Source: Macrostomum lignano
Lineage: Eukaryota
Direction of reading: 5' to 3'
NCBI GenBank assembly: GCA_002269645.1
Contig: NIVC01000728.1
Span: forward strand, 248,001-312,000
Length of the DNA: 64,000 nt
The position numbers and the translations under genes are program-made. Every line of letters begins with the position of its first letter. Position 1 is the stretch's first letter. This document shows, piece by piece, positions 49,900 to 60,263 of this stretch. Below the pieces are notes generated by a model. It did not search any database and was not told where the DNA came from. It was given only the letters and a program-made list of their open reading frames with translations.

Positions 49900-51663
49900 T
49901 CACTCGCAAGAGTTGCTCAGCGGCTCGACCAGCCGGATGACCACCAGGCCGTGCTGACTGGCGCTGCCGCCCGTGGTGCCGCTGCAGCCGCTGCCGGAGC
50001 AGAAGGAGCCGCCGCCGCCTCCTGGGTAGCTCGCCCAGAAGTTGGTGGCGCCTCCGCTGAAGCCGCCGCCGGCCCCGGCAGCGCCAAAGTTGGGGTTTGT
50101 CGTGCCGCCGCCTCCACCGCCGCCGAACCCGCCGTTGCCGGTGTTGGAGCCGCCAGCGTCCCCGCCCAGCCAGCCTTCAGCCCGACTGCCGCCTCCGTCA
50201 CCGTCGTCCGGTCCCCGCCTGGTGCACACCGGCTTCCCCAGCCAGCCGGCGCCGCAGCCAGCGAGGTTCTGGTTGCCGGTCATGGCGCTGGAGTCGTGGA
50301 AGCCCGGCTGTCCGTTGCTGCCGCCGTGGCTGTTTTGGTTTCCGCTCAGATCCGCGATGGAGCCGTTGACGCCGGCCTCTCCGGGCAGGCCTGCAAATTC
50401 GTTGCTCATGGCTCACCTTCAATAAATCCAATATAACCGGCCAACAAAAACAAATAAAATTTGAGCAGCCCAATTTGGTAAGTTCAAGTTTTTTGCCACA
50501 TGGAATCGAACTGATTTCGTGTTCGGACCTGATGTCAACTCTATCGAAAATTGACATCAACTGCAAACCAGGCACAAGAATAAGCTAAACACTTAAAAGT
50601 CGGAGAGCTTTTAGAAGATTTGCTTTCTGCAGTTTTTCCTGAAGAATTTTTGACTCACCAGCTGAGCTGTAGGTCCCGGCACCGCCGCCTCCGGCTGCAG
50701 CCAGCAGCAGCTCGTCTGCCGTCCGGTACACGAAGCTGCCGCCGCCTCCGCCGCCTCCCTTGTACTTCGAGCTAGGCGGACCGCCGGCCTGTCCGACCAC
50801 GACGCTCAGCTGGGTGCCGGCCGTCAGGTTGAAGGCGCCGGACACGAAGGCGCCACTGCCGCCAGCCTTGCCTGAGAAGGAGTTGGTGCCGCCTCTGGCG
50901 CCCGACACTTCGATCCAATAGCAGCCGGTCGAGGGGATCGTCACGGACTGAATGGAGCCGGCCCTACCCGTGCCGCTGTCTGCAGTGAAAGAAGGCGCTG
51001 CAGATCAGATGTCAAGGTGCAGCAAATGCTTGAAGCACAGAAACTTTGCAAACATGAGCTTTTCCTCACTTTTGAGCTCAATGGTGACGTTCAGCATCCT
51101 CTTCCTCATCAGCATCAGCTCCGTGAAGTTCTCGGCCGCCCACAGCCTGGCGCCGGGCTCGGAGCCCACGAGTCTCTGCTCGTGAGTCCCAGCCGGTCCC
51201 GGCGCCTGAGACGCGTCGTTCAGCAGCAGCAGCTGGCAGACGCGCGAGCTGGGAATGAGCGAAGCCAGCAGGCAGCCCTTGCGTTGGCAAGCTGCCAGAC
51301 ACTCCAGCCGGGCCTGGACGCCAGTCAGGTTGACGAGTTCGCTGCTGGAGGTTTCGCTGATCAGGACGGGTCCGGTGACGGCAGTGAAGCAGCCGGATCG
51401 GTTCGCACCTGTTGGTTGGAGGAGATTCTGTGCATTGAAAACTGTGGCTGCGCCATCACAGCAGTTTACAAAGGTGGTTGACAACTCTAAAAATTTTCAA
51501 TTCTTGATGTTTTGTAGGTTTAGAAATCTATTCAGATTTAGTTAAATAGAGACTACGTTACGCATTCGCAGGCGCTCAGTGCATTTGACAAACATGCATG
51601 AGAAGCCTCACCTGTCACGGTAGCCATGCAGCCGAACAGCAGCGCTAGAATTCCAGCTGGCAT
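49900..51663 (-). CDS. Secreted PAN/apple-like + ALK/LTK-type glycine-rich-domain protein; exons 51663-51612, 51408-51070, 50997-50659, 50390-49900 (406 aa)
   Basis: All three introns are GT-AG and phase 1; total 1221 nt in frame. Signal-peptide-like MPAGILALLFGCMATVTG. Cys module ECLAACQRKGC...RVCQL. ALK-like IQSVTIPSTGCYWIEVSGARGG, GGGGGGSFV, LLLAAAGGGG, GGFGGGGGG, GAGGGFSGG, GGGGGSF, HGLVVI. Confidence 0.85.
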
Positions 51664-51857
51664 TTCCAAATGTTTCGAATTTCTCCGCTTGTCTTCACCT
51701 GTGAAATCCTCAGCTTCTTCGGATGTTAATCTTAGGGAGCTCAGACTGCTCTGGGAGTTAAGCTTTCATGTTGAGACTGGGTTCATTTATTTGATATTTT
51801 TGTTTCCTTGGATACCGATAAGTGGCTGAGGATGGTTGGGCCATCTTCATTGGCTAG

Positions 51858-52433
51858 TTTGGCGCTAAAATTGGTGACTTATAATTTGATATATTTGGCG
51901 CTAAAATTGGTGACTTATAATTTGATATATTTGGCGCTAAAATTGGTGACTTATAATTTGATATATTTGGCGCTAAAATTGGTGACTTATAATTTGATAT
52001 ATTTGGCGCTAAAATTGGCGACTTATAATTTGATATATTTGGCGCTAAAATTGGTGACTTATAATTTGATATATTTGGCGCTAAAATTGGCGACTTATAA
52101 TTTGATATATTTGGCGCTAAAATTGGTGACTTATAATTTGATATATTTGGCGCTAAAATTGGCGACTTATAATTTGATATATTTGGCGCTAAAATTGGTG
52201 ACTTATAATTTGATATATTTGGCGCTAAAATTGGTGACTTATAATTTGATATATTTGGCGCTAAAATTGGTGACTTATAATTTGATATATTTGGCGCTAA
52301 AATTGGTGACTTATAATTTGATATATTTGGCGCTAAAATTGGTGACTTATAATTTGATATATTTGGCGCTAAAATTGGTGACTTATAATTTGATATATTT
52401 GGCGCTAAAATTGGTGACTTATAATTTGATACA
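51858..52433. repeat. 36-bp minisatellite, 16 units
   Basis: TTTGGCGCTAAAATTGGTGACTTATAATTTGATATA x16. Confidence 0.97.
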
Positions 52434-53671
52434 TTGCTCGCCAAGTTTTTGAAGAGAAATAAAATCAATGAAATGACTTACTAGTTCAATTTAGATGTAA
52501 AAATAGTTGGCAAGTCAAACCAGAGGAGAACCTGGAAGTTCTTTGTTGCTGGCGGGCCAGATCAGCCCGCGCAGTGACTGGAGCTACTAAGTGGGAACGG
52601 GGGAGCAGAGGGGTTGACAATGGAGCTGAGACACGAGTTGCTCGCTCAAGTGTCTGAGCTTAGCTAAAATGGCACTTATTTCGCGAAGCTGAAAAGATGA
52701 AGCGTTAGATGGAGAGAGAGACAGAGAGTCAAAAAGGAGGATATGCGAGCTTAGAACAGGACTCGGGGATCTCAGGGTCGGGTGGCACCTCTCAGTGGGA
52801 AGGGTTCTTGTCTGGCAAGGCGCTGTGTGAGGCATTGGGTAATCGCACTCAGTCACTTGAGGCTTGCGCCGTCCTTCACTCTGCATCCGTCTTTGAGCAG
52901 AACTCAGAAGGAGTTGGAGACCTCTGGAGGAGCCAACCTTAGAAGCCTTCAAATCGTCCTGGCGGATTTTGCATCCCATTGTTGTGACCCGAGTAAGCTG
53001 CGGCTGATGAAGTTTGAGGCCCGGGGTCTGGTCCCGGAAACTCCAGCTTGGAACGCTGGGAGGAGGCTGGGGGAGCGGGAGGCCAGCGGCGCTGCTAGGG
53101 TCGGCCGCGATTTCCCTCTCCTTCGCGGCCAGGGCCCATCAGTCATTCTCGCGGCGACCTGAGCTTGAAGACGCTAAGCCGGGCCAAACCTGCGTTAGGC
53201 GGACAGGTGAGTATGTGGAGGGGGGAGAGGGCGCACATACTGAAACAGACAGAAGCAGATAGCAGGGAGAAGAGGAAGAGTTCTTGAAAACAAAAGAATT
53301 TGTTGCACCCCCCCCCCCAACTCTCCTTCTTGATTCCCTCAGAGCGACGGCGCCAGCAACTAGGATGGGAGATACATGGAGATACATAGAAAAGAAGATG
53401 AGAAGGGAGCCTAGGGGCGAAGGATGCGCTGTTGTTGTGTTGTAAGAATCCTGTTGCCTCTGCTTTTGGCAATTATGGATCAATGATCCCTGGCGCCACG
53501 ATGTCGCTCAGTAGTGTGCGTGGCTGCAGCTGTCGTTTCCGACTGACCGCCCTGGCCTATGCTGTGCTTGGGGTGAACAAATTGCTGGACTAGTGCTGGC
53601 GCTTGGATGCTGCTGACTTGGGGACTTAGGGAGAAATTGTAGACTTAGGGACTCATGTTTGTTCTATCGGC

Positions 53672-54058
53672 ACTGAAGCTAAATCTACCGTAAAATACAC
53701 TGAAGCGGAATCTACCATAAACACTGAAGCGGAGTTTACCATAGAAACTGAAGTGGAGTCTACCATAGACACTGAAGTGAAGTCTACCATAAACACTGAA
53801 GCGGAGTTTACCATAGAAACAGAAGTGGAGTCTACCATAGACACTGAAGTGAAGTCTACCATAAACACTGAAGCGGAGTTTACCATAGAAACTGAAGTGG
53901 AGTCTACCATAGACACTGAAGTGAAGTCTACCCCATCGACACTGAAGCGGAGTCTACCCCATAGACACTGAAACGGAGTCTACCCCATAGACACTGAAGC
54001 GGAGTCTACCCCATAGACACTGAAGCGGAGTCTGCCCCATAGACACTGAAACGGAGTC
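53672..54058. repeat. 22-26 bp minisatellite, cut at its right end by the Polinton terminus
   Basis: CACTGAAG(C/T)GGAGTCTACC(CC)ATAGA variants with a 3-unit (66-bp) periodicity. Confidence 0.9.
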
Positions 54059-54135
54059 AGTAGTAGGGCGAATTATGATACTGCCGCACTAGCACTGGCG
54101 AGATAGGCGGCAATGCAAATGTATAGGGAAAAATA

Positions 54136-54860
54136 CACTGCGGAGATATGAGCCCTATCTCTGTGCATTGGGGACGGCTAAGCACTGCAGAGATATGAGC
54201 TCTATCTCTGTGCATTGGGGACGGCTAAGCACTGCAGAGATATGAGCTCTATCTCTGTGCATTGGGGACGGCTAAGCACTGCAGAGATATGAGCTCTATC
54301 TCTGTGCATTGGGGACGGCTAAGCACTGCAGAGATATGAGCTCTATCTCTGTGCATTGGGGACGGCTAAGCACTGCAGAGATATGAGCTCTATCTCTGTG
54401 CATTGGGGACGGCTAAGCACTGCAGAGATATGAGCTCTATCTCTGTGCATTGGGGACGGCTAAGCACTGCAGAGATATGAGCTCTATCTCTGTGCATTGG
54501 GGACGGCTAAGCACTGCAGAGATATGAGCTCTATCTCTGTGCATTGGGGACGGCTAAGCACTGCAGAGATATGAGCTCTATCTCTGTGCATTGGGGACGG
54601 CTAAGCACTGCAGAGATATGAGCTCTATCTCTGTGCATTGGGGACGGCTAAGCACTGCAGAGATATGAGCTCTATCTCTGCTTAACACTGAAGTGATAGG
54701 AGAAGAGGCGGCCTATCTCTTTACACTGGAGATGGTTAGCACTGCAGAGATAGGAGGAGAGGCGGCCTATCTCTTTACACTGGAGATGGTTAACACTGCA
54801 GAGATAGGAGGAGAGGCGGCCTATCTCTTTGCATTGGGGGTGGTTAACACTGCAGAGATA
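54136..54860. repeat. Subterminal array of palindromic 47-bp units (about 11) followed by about 51-bp variants
   Basis: GCACTGCAGAGATATGAGCTCTATCTCTGTGCATTGGGGACGGCTAA with internal inverted repeat CAGAGATA/TATCTCTG. Confidence 0.93.
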
Positions 54861-54900
54861 AGATGTTAATCTATGTAATTGGAAATAATGTTTGCGAAAG

Positions 54901-54962
54901 AGCCAATCACAGAGCCCGGAGTGGGATGAGTGGTTTGGGGTGGTTCGGTCGAGGGTATATAA
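54901..54962 (+). promoter_or_regulatory. Putative Pol II promoter of the first Polinton ORF (CCAAT + TATA)
   Basis: AGCCAATCAC at 54901 and TATATAAG at 54956, about 50 bp apart and about 110 bp upstream of the ATG at 55068. Confidence 0.55.
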
Positions 54963-55067
54963 GCCCCGAAATTGACAAGAAAGAATTCTCAATTTTTCAA
55001 ATCCAAAATTTCATCCGAACTTTTCCTCAGCTTTTAACTTTTGTGAGTTTTCAATTGCGAAAGGAAA

Positions 55068-55841
55068 ATGGACATCTGTGAAGGCTATAAGGCACAAGTC
55101 CAGGAGTTTGAAGGACAAAAATTTATCGCTATTCGCAAGTTTTACCGACACGGCAGCACGGCAAGTCTGAAGCCAGGCGTCCCAGGATTCAACCTGAATG
55201 TTCACCAATGGAAGAAATTGAAGGAGGTGAAACGCTCACTTGTGATTTCTGCACGCAACAACGAGCCCAAGGTCGTGAAACTCGGCTTCGATAAGTTTGT
55301 GGAAGTCAAAGGCGGCATCATTTGGCTCAAACGGCTGCCGGAAGATTGCTGCGAGGAGTTTTTGAGACGAAACGCCGTACCACTGACTCCGCCGCTGTGG
55401 CAGAAGCTCTGGAAAATCGCCTCCTGGATCGACGGTCAGCTGGTGGCTCCCTTGAGGAACTCAATGCAGTACGAGCTGGAGTCTGATGAGGAAGAGGAGG
55501 AAGAGGACAAGAAGCTCAAGTTGGAGGCTGACCAGGACACGAAGCCCATAATGGAGACTGATGAGGGCGGAGAGCATGCTGATGACGAGGACGTTAGCTC
55601 GCCCACAAGGCCGCGCATTGTGACTGAGCCTATCACATCCACACCGATACCTTTGGTTGATTCTGATGCTGGACTGCTTCCGCAGCGGGACACCAACCTT
55701 GAGGAAGATCCGGTGTGGTATCAGTTCAGGGCGCATGCAGCGGCTTCGACGGTGAGCAGCAGCAGCAGGAAGCGAAAGCTGCCATTTCAACTTCGTCGGC
55801 AGGACGCGATGAGGCTGCCCAATGTTCGCTTTGATAACTGA
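55068..55841 (+). CDS. Tandem PC4 (p15 coactivator / ssDNA-binding)-like protein with acidic tail
   Basis: AQVQEFEGQKFIAIRKFY...KPGVPGFNLNVHQWKKLKE matches PC4 (VSVRDFKGKVLIDIREYW...KPGRKGISLNPEQW.QLKE). A second degenerate copy reads LGFDKFVEV...LTPPLWQKL. Confidence 0.8.
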   Translation: MDICEGYKAQVQEFEGQKFIAIRKFYRHGSTASLKPGVPGFNLNVHQWKKLKEVKRSLVISARNNEPKVVKLGFDKFVEVKGGIIWLKRLPEDCCEEFLRRNAVPLTPPLWQKLWKIASWIDGQLVAPLRNSMQYELESDEEEEEEDKKLKLEADQDTKPIMETDEGGEHADDEDVSSPTRPRIVTEPITSTPIPLVDSDAGLLPQRDTNLEEDPVWYQFRAHAAASTVSSSSRKRKLPFQLRRQDAMRLPNVRFDN

Positions 55842-56168
55842 ACAGCTAGAATGCTTTGAATGCATTGGACTAACTAAATTACTTTTAGCTTGCACATGAT
55901 TATCCAGCCTATATCTGACGGCACTATGCTGTTTTTTATCTCTGCTATTTCTGAAATGCTGGTGTGCGAGTGTTTTAGTGTTCGTTTTTATGGATTGTTT
56001 GCTTTCGGAAAATACACCGACTGTTACGATGTTAGAGGTTTCAATCTGACAGTAATAAATTAATTTGCCACTCGTTTCTCTATCATTTAATTGGAATATA
56101 AATTTCTACTTAAGAAAAAAATACTGTACAGCTAGAGCAGGTGGATAGGCACGTATCTTGATAAACCC

Positions 56169-57239
56169 ATGATGGAGAAAATTTATTTGAAACCTGAGCA
56201 ACCGGCTAGTTTTTCTTGTGCCTCAAAGTTGCTGCATGAAGTGAGGCAAAGAGGTGATCGAATATCTGCAAAGAGCATTGAGCAGTGGCTCAGCGAGCAG
56301 CCAGTGCACACTCTGCACAAGCCAGCTAGGAGGCGATATCCAAGGGCCCCAATCATAGTGCGCGCAATCGATGATCAGTGGGAACTTGACTTAGTGGAAA
56401 TGATTCCATTTGCAAAGCATAATAAAGGCTACAAATATATTCTCACATGCATTGACGTGCTCTCAAAATGTGCTTGGGCCAAGGCACTGAAAAATAAATC
56501 TGCTGCAGAAGTGAAGTCAGCATTCGAGAGCATACTGAGAAGTTCAAAGCGACAGCCGCGCACAGTTCGCACAGATCAGGGGAAGGAATTTATCAACTCC
56601 ACTTTCCGTCAATACTGCATTGACAGAGGGATTCTGGCTTTCCCAACTAACAGCGAGCAGAAGGCGGCTGTCATTGAGCGATGGAATCGGACTCTGAAAA
56701 GTAGAATGTGGCGCTACTTCACCTACAAGAGCACACTGCACTGGCTTGATGTGCTGCCTAAGCTGGTAAAATCCTACAACAATACCTACCACAGAAGCAT
56801 CAAAATGGCACCCACTAGTGTCTGCAAAGAGAATGAATCTGAAGTGTGGATGAACCTGTACGACGGAAAAGCAGTCGAGACTCTAGAAAAATTAAGGAAG
56901 CCTAAATTCGCTGAAAACCAGTCAGTGAGAATTTCCAATGCTCCACGGCTATTCAAAAAGGGATACAAAGCGAGCTGGAGTGAGGAAGTGTACACCGTGG
57001 TGAGCAGAGCCCCAAAACATTATCCCTACATGTACAAGATTAAAGACATGCGGGGGCAAGAGATTCGAGGACTCTTCCATGAGCACGAGCTGCAGGCTGT
57101 CCCGGACTCACAGCGGCTGTATGTGATTGAGAAGATCCTGAAAACGGAGAAGCGGAAGGGAAAAATTCGCTATCTGGTGAAATGAGCGGGCTACGACTCG
57201 ACTGGCTGGGTGGATGAAAAAGACTTAAGAAAGGTTTAG
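56169..57239 (+). CDS. Retroviral-type (DDE) integrase with C-terminal chromodomain; in-frame TGA at 57183
   Basis: DDQWELDLVEM, YILTCIDVLSK.AWA, RTDQGKEF, KAAVIERWNRTLK, YNNTYHRSIKMAP, KGY...WSEE. Chromo-like YVIEKILK...YLVK*AGYD...WV. Confidence 0.92.
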
Positions 57240-57276
57240 CTTTGGCACATCCCTCATCTTGAAGTTTATCATTATA

Positions 57277-58086
57277 ATGCGAACTATTTTGATTAACAGT
57301 GAGCATGCTGAAGGTACTCCTAGTGACTTTAATTTTTACCTGCCTTCACCTATTTACTTGGATCGAAATGTGGACTATGAGGCAGGTCTGGCTGAAATCC
57401 ATCTGCCTGCTGCATGGTTCAATGTTGACGAGCCTTACTGCTTCACTGTCTCAGATGGAAGAGAGCATGAGGCCCTGGTTCTTCAACCCGGACGCTTTGC
57501 TAGAGTGGAGGAGCTGGTGGAGCGCCTGAATGAGCTGCTGGCCAACTCTGATTCGCTGTTCTTTGATGCAATGAGTGACAGGGAGTCTGAGATGGAGGCT
57601 GATGAGTCCGGCCTGATGGGGCGTAGTGGCAACAGGGAATTCGGTATGAAGTTCGAAATCCACAACTCACGAACTGTGGTGCACAACAACACTGCGAGAG
57701 CAGAGCTGTTTCTTCCATCTAGTAAAATTCTGCATTGGCTGGGATTTGGAAACCAGGCTGTGAAAATCCAGCCAGGGAGCCGCGTGTCCGAGCATTGCAT
57801 TGGCTGCCCGCGCACCAGCTTAATCAATGTGCACTGCAGTATCGTTGAGTCAACTAATTGCAACTGGAGCTCCTTGTTGAGAACAGTTGGAATGAAAGCC
57901 GGCATTGAATGGGGCAACTATCAAACAAAAATATTTAAGAAAACAATATTCTTCCCGATTCAACGAATCAGTCTTCTTCACAGCATTCGAGTTCAGCTCC
58001 GTGACATCTATGGTTGCCCACTGATTGCACAGACTCACAGCCCTGTTCTGCTTACAGTTCAAATTCAGGAGAAACGCATTCAATGA
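57277..58086 (+). CDS. Polinton minor capsid (penton-like) protein
   Basis: N-terminal SDFNFYLPSPIYL...YEAGLAEIHLPAAWFNV and C-terminal INVHCSIVE...LLRTV...FFPI...SIRVQLRD..G are typical of the family. Confidence 0.8.
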   Translation: MRTILINSEHAEGTPSDFNFYLPSPIYLDRNVDYEAGLAEIHLPAAWFNVDEPYCFTVSDGREHEALVLQPGRFARVEELVERLNELLANSDSLFFDAMSDRESEMEADESGLMGRSGNREFGMKFEIHNSRTVVHNNTARAELFLPSSKILHWLGFGNQAVKIQPGSRVSEHCIGCPRTSLINVHCSIVESTNCNWSSLLRTVGMKAGIEWGNYQTKIFKKTIFFPIQRISLLHSIRVQLRDIYGCPLIAQTHSPVLLTVQIQEKRIQ

Positions 58087-58460
58087 ACTACCAGCAGCTA
58101 ATCCAGCAATATTCGGGGGTGAGGACAGGACACGAAAAGCCTGCACTCTATGGCTGTGGGAGCTTCCCAGGGATCATGACATACCAGCCTCCGCCAGCGG
58201 CTATATCATCATCATCAGCCTCGACGCTTAGCAACGTCAGGCGCAAAAGAAATACTGAAGCAAGTCCGAAACGATTGAAGAAAAAGAAGGGCACCCGAAA
58301 GGCAACTGGTGGAAATCGCAGTAAGAGGTCGAGCAAGGCTAGTGGGAAAAAGCTTAAGAATAGGAAGACGAAAGCAAAGAAGAATAGAGCAGGCGGAGGA
58401 AAGCGAAAGCAAAAAGTCAGCAAGAAAACTGTGAAACGCGTGCTCGACTCTCTGTCATAG
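58083..58460 (+). CDS. Small Lys/Arg-rich putative core (DNA-condensing) protein
   Basis: Its ATG overlaps the penton stop (ATGA). Very basic C-terminal two-thirds; lies between the minor and major capsid genes. Confidence 0.6.
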   Translation: MNYQQLIQQYSGVRTGHEKPALYGCGSFPGIMTYQPPPAAISSSSASTLSNVRRKRNTEASPKRLKKKKGTRKATGGNRSKRSSKASGKKLKNRKTKAKKNRAGGGKRKQKVSKKTVKRVLDSLS

Positions 58461-58462
58461 AC

Positions 58463-59745
58463 ATGGCTTACGGATTCAATCCCAGACTTGATTTATTTAA
58501 GACGCCCGTTCTACAAACCTGCATTGAAAAAGCTACTTATGTTGATATTCACCCAGTTAATTCCATTGTTGCAAACTCTCCCATTGAATTTGACTGCCAC
58601 CAATCTGCCGATGAATACACAGATCTGCTGAATTCTTTTCTTTATATTCGCTGCCGCCTTGTGAGACTGGATGGGGGTTTGCTGAGGGAGGATGTTCGAG
58701 ATGGAGATGGCATCATCACCGAGCGCAGAGACAGTGACGTGCACCCAGAAAATTTTGTTCTGTCTACAGCCTTCTCAGATGTAATTGTGAGCATTAACCA
58801 GCGAGTGGTGTCTGGTGGAGACCAGCTCTATCCCTACCATGCGTACTTCAAAGCACTAATGAGCTCATCCGATGCCCAGCAACTAAAACTTTACCCTGCT
58901 GGCTTCCTGGAGCCGAACTCGGCAGCTGAAGAGCACACGGAGAGCCACAGGGAATCCCAATGGATGGAGTATGCGGGGCCGCTCTTCAGCGATGTTTTCC
59001 AGTGCCCAGTGTTTCTGCTAAGCAATCTGCACCTGCACATCAAACTGGTCCCCAGCGATGGGGCCTTTGCCATCAGAACCCCGAATGCAAACAACGCGGC
59101 ATACCGAATGGAAATCTCTCACAGCATTCTGCATCTTCGCCGAGTCAAAGTGATGCCCCACATCAGCCTGGCCCACGAGCAGGGGTGACAAACCAAAATG
59201 CACTGTATCCCATCGAGCGAACTGAAATGCAGAACTTCATCCTACCCCAGGGTATTCAGTCAAAAAACATTGAAGGATTCACTCATGGAAAATTGCCGAA
59301 GTTTATCATGCTGGCCTTCGTGAGCCACCGAGCATTCAACGGTCATCATCACGCGAGCCCGTTCCAGTTCCAGAGCTTCAACCTTAGCCGATTGGCTCTA
59401 AAGAAAGGTGGGGAAACCGTGTGCCACGGCGCCTTCACACCTGAAAACAATTCCTTTGTAAGAGAATACTTGCACTACCTGAAAAGCTGTCAATCTGCAA
59501 GCCACACAAACTCGGTTCCGTGGATCCCCTACCAGCTCTTCTCCAACAACAGCACGGTGTTTGCATTCGATCTCACACCCGAGGGAGCGGCTCTGTGGTA
59601 CGGACAGAAGGAGGGCAACCTGCGGCTGGAGATTCGCTTCCAACAGGCTCTGAATGAAGCGGTGTCCCTGATTGCTATGTGCCTGTATGACTCGCTGATT
59701 GAGGTCACCAAGCACCGAGAGCTTTTGCTGGACTATTCATCTTAA
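58463..59745 (+). CDS. Polinton major capsid protein (double jelly-roll), one -1 frameshift at 59182-59185
   Basis: LDLFKTPVLQTCIE...YVDIHPV...PIEF...EYTDL..S.LY; YPYHAYFKAL; L.SDVFQC..FLL; adding one G joins it to ALYPIERTEM..F..P.G...LPK..MLAFV...AFNG.....PF.FQ.F; FAFDLTP; GNLRLEIRF...L. Confidence 0.9.
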
Positions 59746-59750
59746 TTGAC

Positions 59751-60263
59751 ATGGATGCAATTCAACTACTTAATCTCGCCAGAAAATTTTTGCCTTACCA
59801 AAAATTTCTCATAGTTACTTTACATTTGCGCTATAAAAATTCTCTGCCCTTGAATGTAAAAAGAAAATTTAGATCATCAATTTCCTTTGAAAACAAGTTT
59901 GTTTTTGTCCTACTTCAGCACAATGGCTCATTTGGTCACTGGGTGGTGTGCTATGTTGGGCAAGGAAATCGCATTGAGTTGTTCAACTCCCTCGGCTGGG
60001 AACCTGAAATTTTATCTTTGGTTTATAATTTGTTTCGAGAGATTAAAACAACTGGCTTTTGGCTCCGAAGCAATATAAACAGAGTTCAATGTGCTAACTC
60101 TAATAAATGCGGAGTGTTTTGCATCTATTTTGCTTATCAAAAGTTTCTGTTCAATCGGTCATTTGAGGGGATTTTGAAGCATTTGCATGCTAATGAAAAA
60201 AATCATTTGAATGATAGAATCTTACAGAGGTTTGAAGCCAACTTAAGAAAAAGATGTCCGTGA
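59751..60263 (+). CDS. Adenain-like cysteine maturation protease
   Basis: Catalytic pattern GHWV...ELFNSLG...RVQ...SNKCGVFCIYF. Confidence 0.88.
   Translation: MDAIQLLNLARKFLPYQKFLIVTLHLRYKNSLPLNVKRKFRSSISFENKFVFVLLQHNGSFGHWVVCYVGQGNRIELFNSLGWEPEILSLVYNLFREIKTTGFWLRSNINRVQCANSNKCGVFCIYFAYQKFLFNRSFEGILKHLHANEKNHLNDRILQRFEANLRKRCP

Noticed and set aside
49891-50436. Plus-strand Ala/Pro-rich ORFs
   Set aside because: Antisense to the glycine-rich exon.
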